A stretch of DNA of 53,554 bases, filler included, from Jimgerdemannia flammicorona (Eukaryota): assembly GCA_003990765.1 (NCBI GenBank). It is 3 parts of 3 records of this genome, joined end to end, with 100 filler letters (N's around TTAATTAATTAA, not from the genome) between each part and the next. Parts side by side here need not be neighbours in the genome. Positions count along the whole stretch, not along the records: positions 35,771 to 53,554 come from RBNJ01002412.1; 2 more parts are not named here. One strand, given 5' to 3'. Positions 35,771-49,261 of this stretch are shown here, piece by piece. Below the pieces are notes generated by a model. That model was given only the letters and a program-made list of their open reading frames with translations. It was not told the DNA's origin and did no database searches. A program made the translations under genes and the position numbers. Numbering within the stretch: the first letter of the stretch is position 1; each line of letters begins with the position of its first letter.

Positions 35771-38700
35771 TTATAGTCACTTGGACTTCCTTCCTTTATA
35801 ATGCCCATTTATCCCATACAAATACAGTGATCCCACCTCCTATCCAATCTCCCTAGGGGGCCCCCCCCTTACTCCCCTACCCCTATCTGACAAAAGGCCA
35901 CTTTGTCTGATACTATCTCCACTCTCCCACCACTCTGTTCACAGATCCTTGCCACCAAACTGTGACATCGCCCCCCCTGAGGACTCCAACCCACCCACCA
36001 TCCAGTCAGCAGATCCCCCAACAACTCCTCTCACTGTAATATCTTCTCCTGTAGCCCCATCTACTACCCCTCCTTGAATACATAAAGCCAATGTCCAGCC
36101 AATCTCACCTACACTACTAACACCCACCCTACAGTGAGCCAACTATCCTCTATACCACCTACTAGCCAAGATCTCAAGTCCTCCCGGCAGCCCCCCTCAC
36201 CTGCCAGCCTTTGCTCCACACCCAGTCTATTTCCTATCTCTCTCCAAAAGTCTCCCAAAATCTCACACTCTCTCAGCCAATGTTCTGGTATCTGCACAAG
36301 TCCCCCAGCTTGCCCTATATTGTAACACTCCTCACAATCCAAACGGCCACCATCTACTAGATGCCCAGTATGAAAATTCAATATGACATTTCTCCACAGC
36401 ATTCGCCACCATACCACCCAGAACTTGGGAGGGAGCTACCTCTGCACCTCAGCACTCCAAGACCAGATACCTGCCCAGTCCCACTCCTCACTGATCTCTG
36501 CTGCCTGCCAGCCCCTTGGCCAAAGATCTTGGCCAAGACCCTACTGACACTCTACTCCATCCCCAATATCAAACTCATCAAGTAAAGTACCCCCTAGGAA
36601 CAGTCTATCCCATCGCCACATATCTGTACCCCACACTATCTCCCCCTCATTGCCTTGCCAGCATAGGTCAATTCAGTGTGCTCCATCTACCACCCCCCAC
36701 CAAAAGCCCTTAAATCACAGCCACTGAGTTCTATTCAGCCCCACCAAAGAGAGCAGGTCTCCTGAGGACCCTCAAGGGGAGGTTCTCATCTCCCACACCT
36801 TCTGTAGCAGTGGCACCCAACTCTCTCCCTGTAGTTCAGCAGCTCTCTTCAACCACCAGGCTTGCAAGCAGTACAACCTCTTAGGAAAATCCACAAGACC
36901 AAGATCTCTCCTGATCACTGGTGTCACAAGAGTATCCCAACTGATCTGGGATCTCCTCCCTGCCCAAATCCAATCTCTAGTCATCTTTGTCAGCCTTTTT
37001 ACCACCCAAGCTGGGAAGTCTAGGTGATAGGCCATATGCCATAGCTTGGAGAACCAGTAGATATTCAGAATTGACACCCACCCTGCCAGAGAGATATAGT
37101 GGCCTCCCCAACCTTGAAGGGCCTCTCCCCAAATAGTCACCCTGCTCTCCCACCACACTCATGGCAAGACAGAACTATATACAGAAAGGAAGATTCCCAG
37201 GTACCACACCACCTCACCAGTAGGGACAATTGTTCCAATAACATTCCCACCCACTAGCCCATTCCCTAGCACTATTATCTCACACTTATGCCAGTTGAGC
37301 TTCACCCCAGAGTGAGCCTCATACTATTCCACTGTCTCTTTAAGTATCTTGACATCTGCCACAGACCCAAGTCCAACCACTATATCATCAGCAAAGGCCC
37401 CCACCTTCCACACTATACTATATATAGAGAGCCCTGCCACTCTCTGACAAATCCTATCCATCAAGGGCTCTAATAAAAGAGTATAGAGAATAGAGGACAG
37501 AGGGTCTCCCTGAGGAACTCCTCTTCCCAAGGAGAATGCCAGACCTCGGTAGCCATTATACATCAGTGCCACCTGACTGCTCTCTAGTAGACTCAACATA
37601 GAAGCCTGAAATCTTAGGGGAACCCCAATTCGATCCAATACCTTGCCCAGCCAAACCCACTGTATATGGTCATAGGCCTTCTCCTGGTCCAAAAAGACCA
37701 ATCTTCCATCCAATCCACAAGCCTGGGCCCCTTCAATGACACCATACACCCATGCAGTCTCATCCCTTATAAGTCTGCCCCCAACAAAGCCCTGCTTCTC
37801 CTCCCCCAGCACCTGTTGGGCAACTTTCTGCAGCCTTGTGACAATCACCTTAGTCACCATCTTTCTGTCCATATCCAGAAGCATGATTGGTCTCTAATTT
37901 TTCCAGTCTTCTCTCCTATCCTTGTCTTTGTACAGTAAGGCTACCAGCCCAAGGTCCTGCTCTCCAACCCACTCACCACTCTGAAGAACATGGTTACAGA
38001 GAGCAGCCATCTCACTCAAAACTCCAGGAACTGTTACTATCTTCTTCCAGAAGTCCCATAGTAACCCATCCTCTCCTGGTGCCATTCCAAGCTTAGTTGC
38101 TGCAAGGACACTCTGGATCTCCTCTTCTTGCACTAGTAAGATCAAGTCACCCAGCCCTGCTACTTGTGGCAGCTCCCACTCCTCCAGTGTTTCTTCAATC
38201 GCCTCCTCATCAGCACCCCCTTCCCCCTCACTCCACAAACCCTGCCATCTCTTCTTCAAAACCCCTAAGATTTATTGTGTGCTATGCACCATGTCCCCCT
38301 CGGTATCTAAGACTCCATCCCACCGATGTTGCACCCTTCTAGCTTTGAGGAGTCTTGACAAGTACCTAGTAGGCCACTCACCCTCCTCAAGTCCCTGCCA
38401 CCATAACCTGGCAGCCATTCCTCACATATGAGTCTCCTCCTCCTCTTGCAACACCTGTTGCAGTTCCACTATCTCCAATTTCACCCATGCTAACCTCCAA
38501 TCCTCCACCCTATCAGAAGTAAGCAAATCCACCCAATCCATATGCAGTCTCCTCAGCCTGCTGGAAGCACATCTTCTCTGTCTCCCAGCTTCTCTACCAG
38601 CTTCTCCCCAATAGACCCTCACAGCCTCTTTCAATCTCATCCAACAGACACCCACAGACAAACTCTCATGCCTCTAGATAAAAATCTTCACCTGAATGTC

Positions 38701-41660
38701 CTCCACCCATGAGTCCCACAACCCCTTCTCAGCCAGCAGAGAGGAGTTAAGGCACCAATATCCAGGTCCATCTCTACTCCCCCCAAACTGCCCCTGCCCC
38801 AAAAGTCCCCAGTGATCAGACCATGGGCACTACTCTACCTCCAATGTCTTCCAAACATCTGACCCCCAATACTTGGCCATCAGAATCCAGTCAATCCTGG
38901 TACCCAAGCCATTCACCCAATGTGTGTAGATCCTGGTATTGCCCCACTATGTTCTGCCCATATCCCCTAAGGAACTCAAATTCTCCACCTTCTCCCATAC
39001 ATCCAGATCTCCACTTCTCCCCCCTGCATTCCTCCCTCCATCAGTTCTGTCTAGATGCTGATCTTGAATCATATTAAAGTCCCCACTGAGAATATCAACC
39101 CCTTTCTCCAAGAGAATACCCTTCTCCAGCAGCTCCTTAATCCATGCAGTCCTCTCACCCCTAACTGCTAGGCAGTAGCAAGAGCCAACCCTCACTAACT
39201 CCCACCCAGGCTGATGCCAATCTCCCCAGACCAAGTGATCACCCCAGCTCCTGATTCCCCCCAAGTCTCCTCTACCCTTCCTCACCAGAATTGCCACTTT
39301 TCCAAACCAAGCAGTAGCCCTACCCCATTCCCTAGTCCACTCTACCCGATTATCCTCATCCTCACACCATATATTCTATAGTAAAAAGATATCAGCCTCC
39401 AATCTCTTGAGCCAAGTAAAAATGTTCTTATGCCACCCAGATCCCCTTAACCCATTCACATTCAAAGAGAAAATATTGGTTATACTATTTATAAGAAATA
39501 ATGTTATATAACAATCTCTTTCTCTATAAGTCTACATTTGGCTCCTCCTGCACTAAGTCCAAGTCATATTCAGCAGCTAGTTCCCTTTCCCCAGCTTCTC
39601 GTGCTTCCAACCCTCCCAGAAGTTCCACCATTGCTCCATCTTCTCTCTTCTCAAAGTCCTCATAATACTTCAGACAGGCCTCCTGCCAGAGCTGCAAACT
39701 ATGATGCTCTGCCCAACAGTAGGCAGCCCACTCACCAGCAACAACCACCAGCTCCACCTTCCTCACCTCATCAACCTCATAACCCTCCTCCTCCAGGAAG
39801 ATTACAAGAATCTCTACCTTCAGCACCTCCACCACTCCATCTCCTCGCAGAATCTATGCCCAATGCTCCTCAGGTATAACATAGAGGTCTACTTCTCCCA
39901 ACACCTCAGCTGCTAGGTTATCCATCACCTTGCTCATCCACAGCAGGTTCCCCACCTCCTTTCCTCCCGGAGTCCCTGGCTGCCCTGCATCCAATATTAT
40001 GGTATCTGCTCCTATACTGGCAGCCTCATCCCACTCCTCCTCTGGGATATCCACCAGCTCATCCTCACCAACCACTACCACCTGGCCCCCTTTCACCACA
40101 TCTGGAACCCCAAAGTGAACATGCTGAGCTCCCTGCATCAGCACATCCTCTGCTGCCCCTCTCTTCCCAATTGGGCCCTTCCTGATAAGTGGGGGGGGGG
40201 TGCTCTCCAACTCCTACTTCCAAACCTCAAACATACTATTGGCATAGGGATTCTCACCCAAAACCTTCCCAACTCCTCCCTTGTTCACCTCTACCTCCTT
40301 TCCTCCTTTACTAGCCCAGACACTGACTTTGATGTCTCCAGCCTCCACAGCCCCATCTACCTTCTTCTTTACTCCTCCTGTCATACTTGCCAAAAGCTCC
40401 CTCTGTCTCTTTCACCCCTGGGCCCACTCTCACTGCCTCTTGTCTATATAGATATACTTCCCCTCCACAATCTCCAGGTGCATCAACTCTACATATTCCT
40501 TCCAGGCCTTTGCTCTCTACTCAACAGCCCCACTCATCTCTTCCAAAGTCTCCAGTAGATTCTCCTCCTCCTCCTCACTCCCTTTCACCCTCAATGCTCA
40601 ACAGCTGAATGCCCCCCACATCATCACCACTGGCCAGTCACTTATCTTCTCTATAGCCTCCTTTCCTGCCAATCTAATCCTGACATCCACATCCTCAGTA
40701 CTTATAGCAGTCTCCTCCCAAATCTAGAAACCAATATCCACTACATCACCATACTCAGCCATCACCTCCTCAACCCTCCTCCTTGTCTCAACTGCTGTCA
40801 CCATAGGTACTCCCTTCACCAGCAGCTGTACCACCCTGGGGTCCCACCTCAGGCAACACACCATAGAGACCACCATCTCCCCAACTACCACTCCAGCCCT
40901 CAGAGCCTCATCCAGCATACCCACCTCCTCAAAACCCACCTCAACCCCCTCCAGCCCCTTCAGAAACTTCACTGAGGTGGCTTCAGCCACCTGCTTCAAG
41001 ATGAGCCCCAATATCATCCTTGCTGTCACAGCCAAGCCCTGGAAGTACAAGGTGGCTGCAAACTCCAAGATCAATTTCTTGAGTAATGGTGCTACCACTA
41101 GCCCCATTACACCATTGGCCAGATCCCTCTTCCTCTTCAGGCCTATCTGCCCAGCCCTCGCATCAACAGTCACATCTGGATTTTTTTCCAGATTCCCCAT
41201 CATGCTACCATCAGCAGTTCTGCCACTACCACCAGCAGCTACTCCACTTCCTCCACCTCCCACCAGCAAAGGCCCAGCTCCCCTAGCCTTTCCAACCTTC
41301 TGCTTCTTCTTCCTATCTGCCTGTCCACTGCAGGCTCCTATCAGCCAACCCCCAGTCCTCAGTGTATCCACAAAACTCCTTCTCTGCTGCCCTCTAGCCC
41401 CCCCACCAGTGTCTCCTCCACTGCCCAAGCTGCTCTGCCCACTTGAGCCACTGAAAGATCCCATTCCCAGCCCATACCCTCTCTCAACATATTGCCAGTC
41501 AAAGGCTCCAGGTCCACCTGACCTAGTATGTATATCAGCTTGCTTGCTGGTTGACATTGCCTTAATATCTTTCTCCAATAAACAATATGAAAGTATGTTA
41601 TAAAAGTGTGTGTAATGTGAATTGTAGTGGAGAAAGATGACTCCTCCTCCTCCTGATCAT
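35771..41660 (-). mobile_element. Near full-length L1/Tx1-type LINE (copy 3, ~5.9 kb), inactivated
   Basis: ORF1 ~41578-39524. ORF2 from TNIFSLNVNGLRG (~39480): SGDFN and SDH (APE); LDQEKAYD, GVPQGDPLS, AFADD (RT); CEEC...EHWLREC C-terminal knuckle. 3' terminal motif at the contig edge. Confidence 0.95.
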
Positions 41661-42065
41661 CCAAGTCTCTAGTCTAATCAATATTATATATATTGAATAG
41701 TTATATACTATTTTTATTATTATTATTATTACTCTCACTCAATTCACTAAGAATAAGTATATAGTATATATATTATATCTTTAATATATCTGAAAATTCT
41801 CTTAATAGTACTTCAATAAAAATTGTTATAGTATGATGAATTCTGTACTATTTTATTTATAGTATATGAGATATTAGATCTTATTTTAAATATAAGATAT
41901 ATAAGAGACTCAACTACTTACAAATAGAGAATGTTTATATAGTTAGTGTCATTATCAGCCTCAAGTTTCCTTAACTTACCAAAGTTCTATAAGAGTATTT
42001 ACTGGCTTATATTTACTTATATTAAATTATTTAAAAATATATAGCTTAGATATAAGTTAATTGTG

Positions 42066-42099
<34 letters not shown>

Positions 42100-43412
42100 T
42101 ATACTCTTATTATATATATATAATAAATATCTTCAAAAGAAAGAATATATCACTCATATTGATCATCTGGAATTTCTTATATAAGACTTCTTTGACTCTA
42201 TTAAGCTTACTTTTTATTATAATAATAATTATATTATCTACTTAAATATCTATAAAAGTTACTCTATCAGTATATATAGTATTATATATATATATAATTA
42301 TCCATTTTACAGTATATGAAGCTATTATTAGAAAGTTATTTATTATTATTCTATTCTACAAATAGGCTGCTTGCTTAATACTATATAATTCTTTATGTAG
42401 TTTACATATATATGAGATTATAATTCTGCTTATATCCTTATAACTAGTAAATATATAGCTTTATATCTATATTACCATTGAGAAAAGCTATTTTTACATC
42501 TATCTAATAGATTTTCAGATTTTATATAGTACTTATTTCAAGAAACATTCTTAAAAGAAGTGAGCTTGAATATTGGTAAAAATGTCTCATCATAGTTTAT
42601 ACTATAATTTTACAAATAATCCTTAGTAATAAAATGAGCTTTAAATTACTCTATACTTCTATTACTCTTGTACTTAATTTTATAAACTCAATGATATTTT
42701 ATAGCTTATCAATTGGCCAGAAGAGATACTAGATCTCATATGTTATTTTGATAAGTAAATTATACTCTTTATCTATGGCTTACTTTCATCTCTTATTATT
42801 AAGAGAAGTTATTGCTTCATTATATATACTTCTATATAACTCATATGGTCTTTGTATTATTATCTGGAGTTTGCTGGTATATTCTAATAATTTTTTAAAT
42901 TGAAATAAATCTTGTTTCTAAACTTATACTTTAGCTATTTCTTATTCTTAATAGACTCTTTATTGTTATTATCAGTCTTATCATCCTTAATTTCCATTAT
43001 TCTTAGTTTAGGCAACTTTGATTTAAATATATATAGCAGTTGAAAATAATTTTTCTTTATTGAAGAAATTAGTGCCAGATATTATACTTATACTAGTTAA
43101 GATATATATATTGAGGTAGAGATTGAGATAAATATATTTATATAAGTCTCCTTATTATTTTCTTTTTTTTTAAACCATATATTCTATAAAATTACTATAT
43201 AATTTATATAGATCTCAAAGTTAATACACTTTGTCAGAATATTTAAAAAATATATACTTGCTGACTTTCAGCTTAGACTTATACTGATTAGTATTGCTCT
43301 TATCGAGAATATTTATATTGTATCTGAATATATATAGATATGATATATCAGGCTTAGCTATAGTCTATAATTTCTTAGAGATTAGATCATTATCTCTGAA
43401 ATACTTATTATT

Positions 43413-44838
43413 TTTTTTGCAGAAATTTAATGTCATTTATTTTATTTTTTTTTCTTAGTGTGAATCATTTATTAACTATCTATAACATGCTACATATCCT
43501 CATACAACATCAGTAGTCCCATTCTACCCCAATCTCAACCCACTCCCAGCCTTGTATCTTTAGGGTGTGAGTTGCAACCTCACTGCCCAAGTAACTAGAT
43601 CCTCCTACCCAGCCTGCCCCACCCAGTGGGTATGGGTTGTGAGCCCCAACCACCTCAAGTACTTGGCATCTAGTATACTTGACCTACCCCTATTAGTGCC
43701 TCCTGTCTTACCCATCTAGCCCATCTTGCCCACCCATATTGCTCATGTTGCCATCTTGCCATCTTGCCCATCTTGCCCGTCTTGTCCATCTTGCCCACCT
43801 GTATTGCCCATGTTGCCTGTATTACCTGTGTTGCCCGCCCGTATTACCCATATTGCTTATCTTGCCCATGTTGCCCATGTTGCCCATATTACTCATCTTG
43901 CCTATCTTGCCTGTCTTGTCTGTCTTGCCCACCCATGTTGCCCATATTACCCATATTGCTCATGTTGCCTGTGTTGCCCATGTTGCCTGTTTTGCCTGTT
44001 TTGCCTATCTTGTCCATATCGCCTGTCTTGCCATCTGCTCGCCTTGCCCATGTCATCCATCTTACCATCTTGTCCTTCTTGCCTGTCTTACCCACCCATG
44101 TTGCCCATGTTGCCTGTGTTGCCCATGTTGCCCATGTTGCCTGTGTTGCCCGTGTTACCTGCCTGTGTTGCCCATGTTGCCCATATTGCTCGCCTGTGTT
44201 GCCCATGTTGCCTGCCCATATTGCCGGTGTTGCCAGTGTTGCCCATTTTGCCCATTTTGTCCATTTTGCCTGTTTTGCTCATTTTGCCCATCTTGCCCAT
44301 GTCTTCTGTCTTGCCATCTACCCATCTTGCCCATGTCGCCCATCTTGCCATCTTGCCATCTTGCCTGTCTTGCCCATCTTACCCGTCTTGCCTGTCTTAC
44401 CCATCTTGCCTGTCTTGCCCATCTTGCCTATCTTGCCTATGTCGCCCATCTTGTCATCTTACCATCTTGCCCATCTTGCCCATCTTGCCCATCTTGCCCA
44501 CCCATATTGCCCATGTTGCCCATGTTGCCCATATTGCCCATGTTGCCCATGTTGCCCATGTTGTCCGTGTTGCCCATATTGCCTATGTTGCTCGTGTTGT
44601 CTGTGTTGCCTGTATTGCCCATGTTGTCTGTTTTGCCCATGTTGCCTGTCTTGCTGTCTGCCCATCTTGCCCATGTCACCTGTCTTGCCATCTTGCCATC
44701 TTGCCCATCTTGCCCATCTTGCCCATCTTGCCCATGTTGCCTGTGTTGCCCATGTTTGTTTCTCTGAGTTGTATGTAAAACCATTGCTTGAAGTTTGTGT
44801 AACGTGAATTGTACCGAAGAGAGATGACTTTAATGTCG
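43413..44838 (-). mobile_element. Non-autonomous LINE-derived retroposon (LINE 5' head + 9-bp minisatellite + unique 3' region + poly-A)
   Basis: 17-bp TSD ctgaaatacttattatt (43396-43412 / 44839-44855); inner 9-bp TSD tttaatgtc; head 44755-44828 homologous to LINE 5' ends; AATAAA (~43467-43472) and A-rich tail 43435-43453. Confidence 0.85.
43705..44753. repeat. 9-bp minisatellite (ttgcccatc / ttgcccatg / ttgcctgtg variants), ~1.05 kb
   Basis: Directly visible; occasional 8-bp ttgccatc units shift the register. Confidence 0.97.
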
Positions 44839-45727
44839 CTGAAATACTTATTATTACTAAATTCTTTACTCAATACTCAGAATATATATCAGTTATATAT
44901 ATACCACTATATTAATAGCCTCAGTCTAATAATAATATGATAGTCTGGCTACTTTAATTAACATATATACTATTTCTATAGTTATATAGTTAAATTACTT
45001 AGCCATACTATTCTGCTGAAGTATATTGAGTTATTATTTAATAGTATATACTATATTTCCTCAGATACTGCTTAAATGTACCATTGATATATTTATATCT
45101 ATTATCTGAATATATAGTATATATTCTATATATTGTTTCATTTTTCATAATTGCTTTAAATTTTTTAAATTTATCCAGAGCTTCATTCTTTGCTAACAAG
45201 AATTATATATATATTTTATATATATAATTATTAATAAATGTAATGAAATATCTCTTTCTATTATAGGAAGTAGTATATATCAGACTATATAGATTAAATT
45301 GAGTATACTGGATATATATTTTGTTCATTTTTCAAATAGATATCTGGTTGCTTTATTTATCATACATATAGTATAGAAACTCTTAGGATATATTACTAGT
45401 AATCCTTATATAGATCTGTTCCTTATTATTCTTTTCAGACTCTTATTGTCTATATGTCCTAAATATTGATATTATGTATTGGACATATCAGGCATAGTTG
45501 TTATCTATATAGAGACTTTTGTACTATTTGGTATATTATTAATTATATAAATATTACCTTATTTTGACACTATCATAATCTCCTTATTATTCTTCAAACT
45601 ATATACCATTGCTCCAATTATATATATATATTTCTTTATTACTATAAGCCATCATTTTACCAATTGAGAAGAGATTCTTACCTATCTTCAAAGTATAAAG
45701 TATATTCTAAAAAGTACCATTAGACTC

Positions 45728-48700
45728 TTTTTTTTTTTTTTTTTTTTTGTTTTTTTTTTATAATTACTTAAACTTCAGCATTATTATCAATCTATCTATA
45801 CTGATATATTATACAAGATCTACTCTACTATCCAATCTCCCCACTGGGTCTACTTTATAGTTAAAGATAACTACATCACTGATAGTCTAGGTTCTCTCTC
45901 CACTTCTTATATATATTCTCTCTTCTAATCTATAATATCTACCTCTCCTAGAACTCTGCCCTGCCTACTATTTATTTAACAATTCTAACAAAAGCCATTT
46001 CTATCTTTCCACTCTCACTCCTAGTATTGACTGCCTACTATCCTTAAAAATATACAACTAGTGATCAGAGAGATTAATTCAAACTACAAGAGTCTATCTA
46101 ATAAGAGCTACTCATCACTAACTCTATCTACCAGTTATATTTAAGAGCATCCTACTGCCTCCCCTCTACCTCTCCAATACTCACACCCTAAGTCAGTTCA
46201 CAATTTCTGATCAGAAATCTAACAGTATCTTGCACCCCTCTAGTTAATATTCAGGAGTCTGTACTATCTCTCTCTTTTGTTCAATATTAAAATATTTCTC
46301 ACAATTGAAGAAACCTTTATCTACTAAATATCTCAACCTAAAGTTCAGCATTTTATTCCTCTATAAGAGCCTCCATCATATCACCCAGAACTTGAGTGAG
46401 AGCTATCTTAACACAACCTCACTTTATGACCAGATACTGGTCTAGTTCTATATTTTACTAATGCTTATCACTTGCCAACTTTTGGGCCACAGATCTTCAC
46501 CCTATTCTCATTGATACATTATATCATCCTCAAGTCAGAAAACATCTACTGGAGTAAGAGACAATCTCATCTCTACATCCTTAGTCCTCAGGTCTCTCTC
46601 CCCTCATCTTTATATTAGTAGAGTTTGATCCTATGGGCCCCATCTACTACTCTTCACCAGAAGTCCTTATATTATATATAATGGCTCTCCTTCAATACTA
46701 TCAGAGATAGTAAGTTACTAGAGATCTCTCTGGAGGAGAATTATATCTCCTACATCTTCTAAAAGATACCCAACTCTGACTCCTAGGCTCACTAGCTTAC
46801 TTCAACCACTATACTCTCAAAAAATGCAGATACTTTGGAAAGTCAATAAGACTAAGTTCTCTCCTATTCACCAGTAGTATCAATACTTCTCATCTTATCT
46901 AACTATGCCAGCTAGTCCAAATCTAAGACCTTATTCATTTTCAGAAGTCTTTTTACTATATATATCAAAAAATTCAAATAATAACTAAGATACTATAGCT
47001 TAGATAATCAGTATATATTCAGTACCATAACTCTTTCTACCAATGAGATATAATGACCACCCTATCCTAGGAGAGTATTTCCCCACTTTGCCAGCTTCTG
47101 CTCTCATATATTTTGAATAGCAAAGAACTATACACTATGAAAGAAAATAAACAGATATTAAACTGTCTCTTCTACTAGAACAATTGTTCCAACCATATCT
47201 CTACCTACTACTCTACTATTGAGCACTAAGGTCTCACATTTGTTTCAGTTGAGCTTGACTCCTGAGCACTTCTCATACCACTCTATGGCTCTCTTTAAGG
47301 CTACTATATTCTCTATAGAGCTCAGCCTAACTATGTTATCTATAAAGACTCTAATCTTCTAATTCACTTTAAAAATTATCAGCTGCCCTACCTTATACCA
47401 AATTCTGTTCAGTAAAGACTTTAATGAGAGAGTATAGAGAATTAGTAACAATGGATCACTCTGCAGTATCTCTCTACTTAGAGGAAAAGAAACCCCTCTA
47501 TAGCTATTAACCAAGATAGTCATCTGACTTCCCTCCAACAAACTGATCAAGAACTATCAAAAGCCTGAATATATTTTAGTGCTTTATCTAACCACACTCT
47601 CTATACTCTGTCATATACTTTCTTCTAGTCTAGAAACACCAGCTGACCATCTACCCCTATAGCTCTAGCTCTTTCAATAATACTATGAATCTAGGCTATT
47701 CTATTTCAAATTAGACAGCTACTGATAAATCTCTATTATTTCTCTCTCAATATCTGTTGAGTCACTCCCTACAACTGGATAATAATAATCTTTATAACTA
47801 GCTTGCAATTTATATCTGGAAGTATTATTGGTCTCTAATTCTTCTACTTCTCTCTCCTTCTCCTCTATTCTTGAATAGAAAAGCCACCAGATCAGATATT
47901 ATCCACCTATTTATATCTCAGAATTAATGGTCTTATTATATATCTGTATTATCTCTCTCAATACTATCTCTATACTAGCCATTCTCTTCCAGAAATCTCA
48001 AGATAAGCCATTCTCTCCTAGAGCTGTCCCAAGACTAGTCTCTACCAGAACTCTGAGAATCTCCTCTCTTTGAATTAGTATCCTTAGTTTTTTCAGATCT
48101 TCTACTGGGTTTAAGTGTCAGTTCTCCAGATATTACTCAATAGCCAGTGTATTCTCTCTATCTTTCTTCTCACTCTACAGTGAACTCTACCACTCACTCA
48201 GCTGCTCTAATATATTCTGAGTCTTCACTACTAACGTTTTTGCCTTATCCAATATACTATTCCAGTAGCTTCACCCTTCTTACTCTGAGAAGTCTTAATA
48301 GAAATTTTGTCAGCCACTCTTCTTTCTCCAGGCTCTGCCATTGTAGCCTAACTACTATATCCTATACTTGTATATTCTTCTCTACTCTCAGTAGACTCTG
48401 TAGTTTCTTTAACTCTAGCTAAATATACTGGCTCCTCTAATTCTCTATCTTCTTAACTCTCAATAGACTGGCCCACTCCTTCAAGAGCCTTTTCAGTCTA
48501 TATAAGACCTACTAATGTTCTCTCCTCTGAGTACTCTGGAGCCTCCTGGTCTCTTCTCAGATATGCTAAGTATCAGACTTTAGCCTTTATCACTGATCCC
48601 CTATTATAAGATCTCTCTCTCTCTAGATAAGAATTCTGGACCCAATGTCTGCAATCCAAGAGTCTACAGAGAGAGTATATTCAGTAAGAAAGAATTTAAT

Positions 48701-49261
48701 ATCAATGTCCAGACTCTTTCCTATACTTTTCAAATCTCCCACATCTTAAGAGATTTCAGTAATCTGATCAGAGGTATTACTCTACCTCTAGTAATTTCCA
48801 GATATCACCTCCCTAGTACTCAGTAGTCAGGATCTAATCAATTCTTGAGTCAAGTCCATCTACTTAGTATATGTATACCTGATAGTCACTCCAATCTCAT
48901 CTGCTTATATTTACTTAATAACTAAGTCATTTAATTTCCCTTTAGTAGTTTAGTTCCCACTTCTTTTAGATAGAACCCTCTCACTATCTATCCTGTCTAC
49001 TCTGCCATTATAGACTATATTAAAGTCTTTCTTAGATAGTTAACCCTAGCCTCCACTAGCTCATCTGAGTCTATAGTTCTCATATCTACTCTAATTAGAC
49101 TTTTTTCTCTATCAGATAATAATAAGATCTAATTACTACTAGGTCTCAGCTCTATCTCCTCCAAGTCTCTCACACTACTCTCTCTCTCTAATATCTGATT
49201 TTCTCAATATCTCTCTTTCCTTTTCTAACTAAAATACCTATCCTACCCTATCTCTCTCCTA
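45728..49261 (-). mobile_element. LINE copy 4, 5'-truncated within the endonuclease domain, heavily decayed
   Basis: Poly-T 45728-45759; TSD taccattagactc (45715-45727) / taccagtagactc (49262-49274); RT remnant EILQSDPLL; the copia reading frame resumes across the insertion. Confidence 0.88.

Noticed and set aside
40977..41603. 208-aa plus-strand ORF, and the similar ORF at 3113-3514
   Set aside because: Antisense shadow of LINE ORF1; no independent coding signal.
43510..43640. HDV-like ribozyme (minus strand contains gaatgggac, as at the HDV 3' end)
   Set aside because: No upstream gtccc partner for P2 and no nested pseudoknot could be built by eye; likely chance.
43726..44807. Three ~350-aa plus-strand ORFs (Cys/Pro/His-rich, metallothionein-like appearance)
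   Set aside because: They arise because the 9-bp repeat has no stop in any plus frame; the head, poly-A and TSD show the element's sense strand is minus.
44755..44828. U6 snRNA- or tRNA-derived SINE head
   Set aside because: No ACAGAGAAGATTAGC box and no A/B boxes; it matches the LINE 5' ends instead.
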